DNA of 64,000 nucleotides from Blastocystis sp. Blastoise. Its lineage: Eukaryota; Protista; Bigyra: Opalinata. Location: NCBI GenBank assembly GCA_039096225.1, contig JBBPEB010000007.1, positions 310,001 to 374,000 of the forward strand. The letters run 5' to 3'. Shown here piece by piece: positions 62,038 to 64,000 of this stretch. Under the pieces are notes generated by a model. That model ran no database searches and had not been told where the DNA came from. It was given only the letters and a program-made list of their open reading frames with translations. Each line of letters opens with the position of its first letter. The stretch's first letter is position 1. A program made the translations under genes and the position numbers.

Positions 62038-64000
62038 TTCAGCATGACCTAATAGGTCTGAACAATTTGTTTCATTATTAATCTGTATACATATTAATTT
62101 TTTATTTAATAATTTTGATAAATTTTGAATAACAAAGCTTTTTCCTGAAGGCGAAGAACCATAAATAATAATAGAACGTGATGATGAATATGCTAATATA
62201 ATTTCATAAGCTAAAAATAATTCTGATTGTGTAAACTGTATATATTGTGTATTAAAATAATTAGATTGAATAGAAATATCATATGAAGATGAAAATATGA
62301 TTAATTTTTTTATAGAATCATATTGAATAGATATTTGATTATTGTTATTATTCATTCCTAAATATTCATCTAATTCTATTCGATCTTCTTTCTTATATTT
62401 ACATGCTATACTTAACCATAAAGCTATTTGTATATAACAATTTGATTTTTTATATATATCAATAGCTTTTAATATATCTCTTAATGTAAAGAATGTCCTT
62501 GTTTGTTCACCTATTAATATACTTTGTAATAAAATATATTCTAATTTTTGTATAAATTCTTTCTTTTCATTTTCATATTGATTTTCATTTATAGGTTTAA
62601 AAAAAGGTAATATCATTTGTTTACTAATTTCAATTAATTCTGTACGACTAAATTGAATATCTTTAAAATATAATGAATAATGAATAATTGATTTTGGTAA
62701 AAAACAACGACTTGAAGATAAATTTGCAGGATTTTGAGAAATAATACATAATATATGTGGAAGATTTTTAATAACAATATCACTTTCAGGAATATGAAAT
62801 GGTTTATGATAATAACTACATGATAATAATATACTTATTTCATCAAGTAATTCTAAAGATGCTAAATTCAATTCATCAAATAATAAACCAATAGTATAAT
62901 TACTATTTTTATTATTATTATTTGATTTATTATTATTCGATTTATTATTATTATATTTATAATATCTATTTGTATTTAATAATAATAATGTTAATTGTGT
63001 AGGAATAAATTCATTACTTTTATTTGATAAATTACGTTGTCCAAATATATTTGAAACTTCAATATTTTGTGCAAAATTATATCGTACATAGGGAATATGT
63101 AAATAATTAAAAAATTGTATAGTTAAATCTGATTTTCCTACTCCTGGATTTCCTTCTAATATTATACTATAATTAGGATCTCTAATAGATTTTAAATTAT
63201 TTATATTATTATTATTATTCGAATTATTATTAAAATTATTATTATCATTATTATTATTATCACTATCATTATCATTATAATTATCACTATTATCATTATT
63301 ATTAATATATTTTTTAGAAGATAAATAATAGCCAAAGAAAAGTGTACATATAATTTGATATGTAGTTTTCGTTGGAATTAAAGGTATATTATTAATTGTT
63401 TTTATATTATTAAAAAAGGATATAATATCATTAACAAGTGATGATACAAATAATTTATTTAATATATTCATATCAATTGTATAATATTCACTTGAATATA
63501 CTAATAATTGTTCTAATTCTTTTGAACATGGATATAATTGAAATAATTTATTACGTTGATTACGATCTTCTTGTATATATAATAAATAAAATAAAGCATC
63601 ATTATAATTATTTTTAAATAATGGATATAAATATTCTGATAAGGATAATAAAGAAAATGATATATTTTTTGTAGATATTAAATTATAATGAGGATATAAT
63701 TCAGTAGCTTCTTTTTCAGTATAATAAAAACAAGGTATATATAAAAAATAATCAGATAATTTTGTATTTATATAATCTTCTTCATTTATACTCCCTATAA
63801 AATGAATTTTATGTATATTTATAGTAGTATGTAAAGAAGAATCTTCATGTATACTATAATTATTATTTAAATAATAACTATCTAATAATGCATGTATTCT
63901 TGGTATTAATGTATCATTTAATAAATTAAAATGATCTAATAAAAATAATTGTTCTTTTAATAATGATAATGACATTGGACCAGGTTTAAAAAACATTAAT
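52435..64000 (-). CDS. Giant intronless midasin-like protein: tandem MoxR/dynein-related AAA+ modules, long linker, multiple vWA domains (5' end outside the window)
   Basis: The frame is open to the window edge (>3,853 aa). It contains IILEGNPGVGKS, LLFDELNLAS, SQNPA, IIIYGSSPSGKS, WGPLLNALKYGYWLLLEDI...LEQLNSL, IHPDFRLFLT, G..IHIR.Y...KLFKKK...SIIIDCSS, and a C-terminal FIIDATGS...GFRDY...GG...EDVLGG...YSDDGFH. Confidence 0.85.
61855..62035 (-). repeat. Coding low-complexity repeats (poly-Asn, NNNL[IV] and NNKY units) inserted inside an AAA module
   Basis: (aat)n, aataataatttag/ttga units and (aataataaatat)n lie in frame between DLLGHAE and SILVYKWGPL. Confidence 0.85.

Noticed and set aside
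52435-64000. Labelling the giant ORF as MDN1/Rea1
   Set aside because: The C-terminal architecture differs (no acidic tether, several vWA domains, an extra domain) and the N-terminus is not visible, so no gene symbol was assigned.

Overview
This is very AT-rich, intron-dense eukaryotic DNA; the gene families and style suggest a Blastocystis-like stramenopile, which is an inference. Most short ORFs in the ORF track are artefacts of (TA)n/(TAA)n introns. Manual splicing gives 13 genes in this order: PUF60-like RRM protein (5' partial), ABCC/MRP transporter, glycerate kinase with a probable mitochondrial leader, GT61 glycosyltransferase, a FN3-like/EGF single-pass receptor whose cytoplasmic tail resembles a beta-adaptin (AP4B1-type) ear, HisRS with an N-terminal HAL/PAL-like domain, a BTB-like/LRR-like protein with 19 of 20 introns in phase 1, a BTB-like/TLDc protein, CWC22, a >2,200-aa He_PIG/HRM-like surface protein, an unknown membrane protein, an HMG-box plus 5xC2H2 transcription factor, and an intronless >3,850-aa midasin-like multi-AAA/multi-vWA protein (5' partial). 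The most striking signal is that 7-8 of roughly 125-130 introns have non-canonical ends (TT-AG, AT-AG, GG-AG, GT-AC, GT-AA). In every case the deviant base is the base the spliced mRNA carries at that position. This points to either mRNA/cDNA-templated conversion of intron ends or an RNA-read polishing artefact. No tRNA, rRNA, CRISPR array or transposase was recognised.
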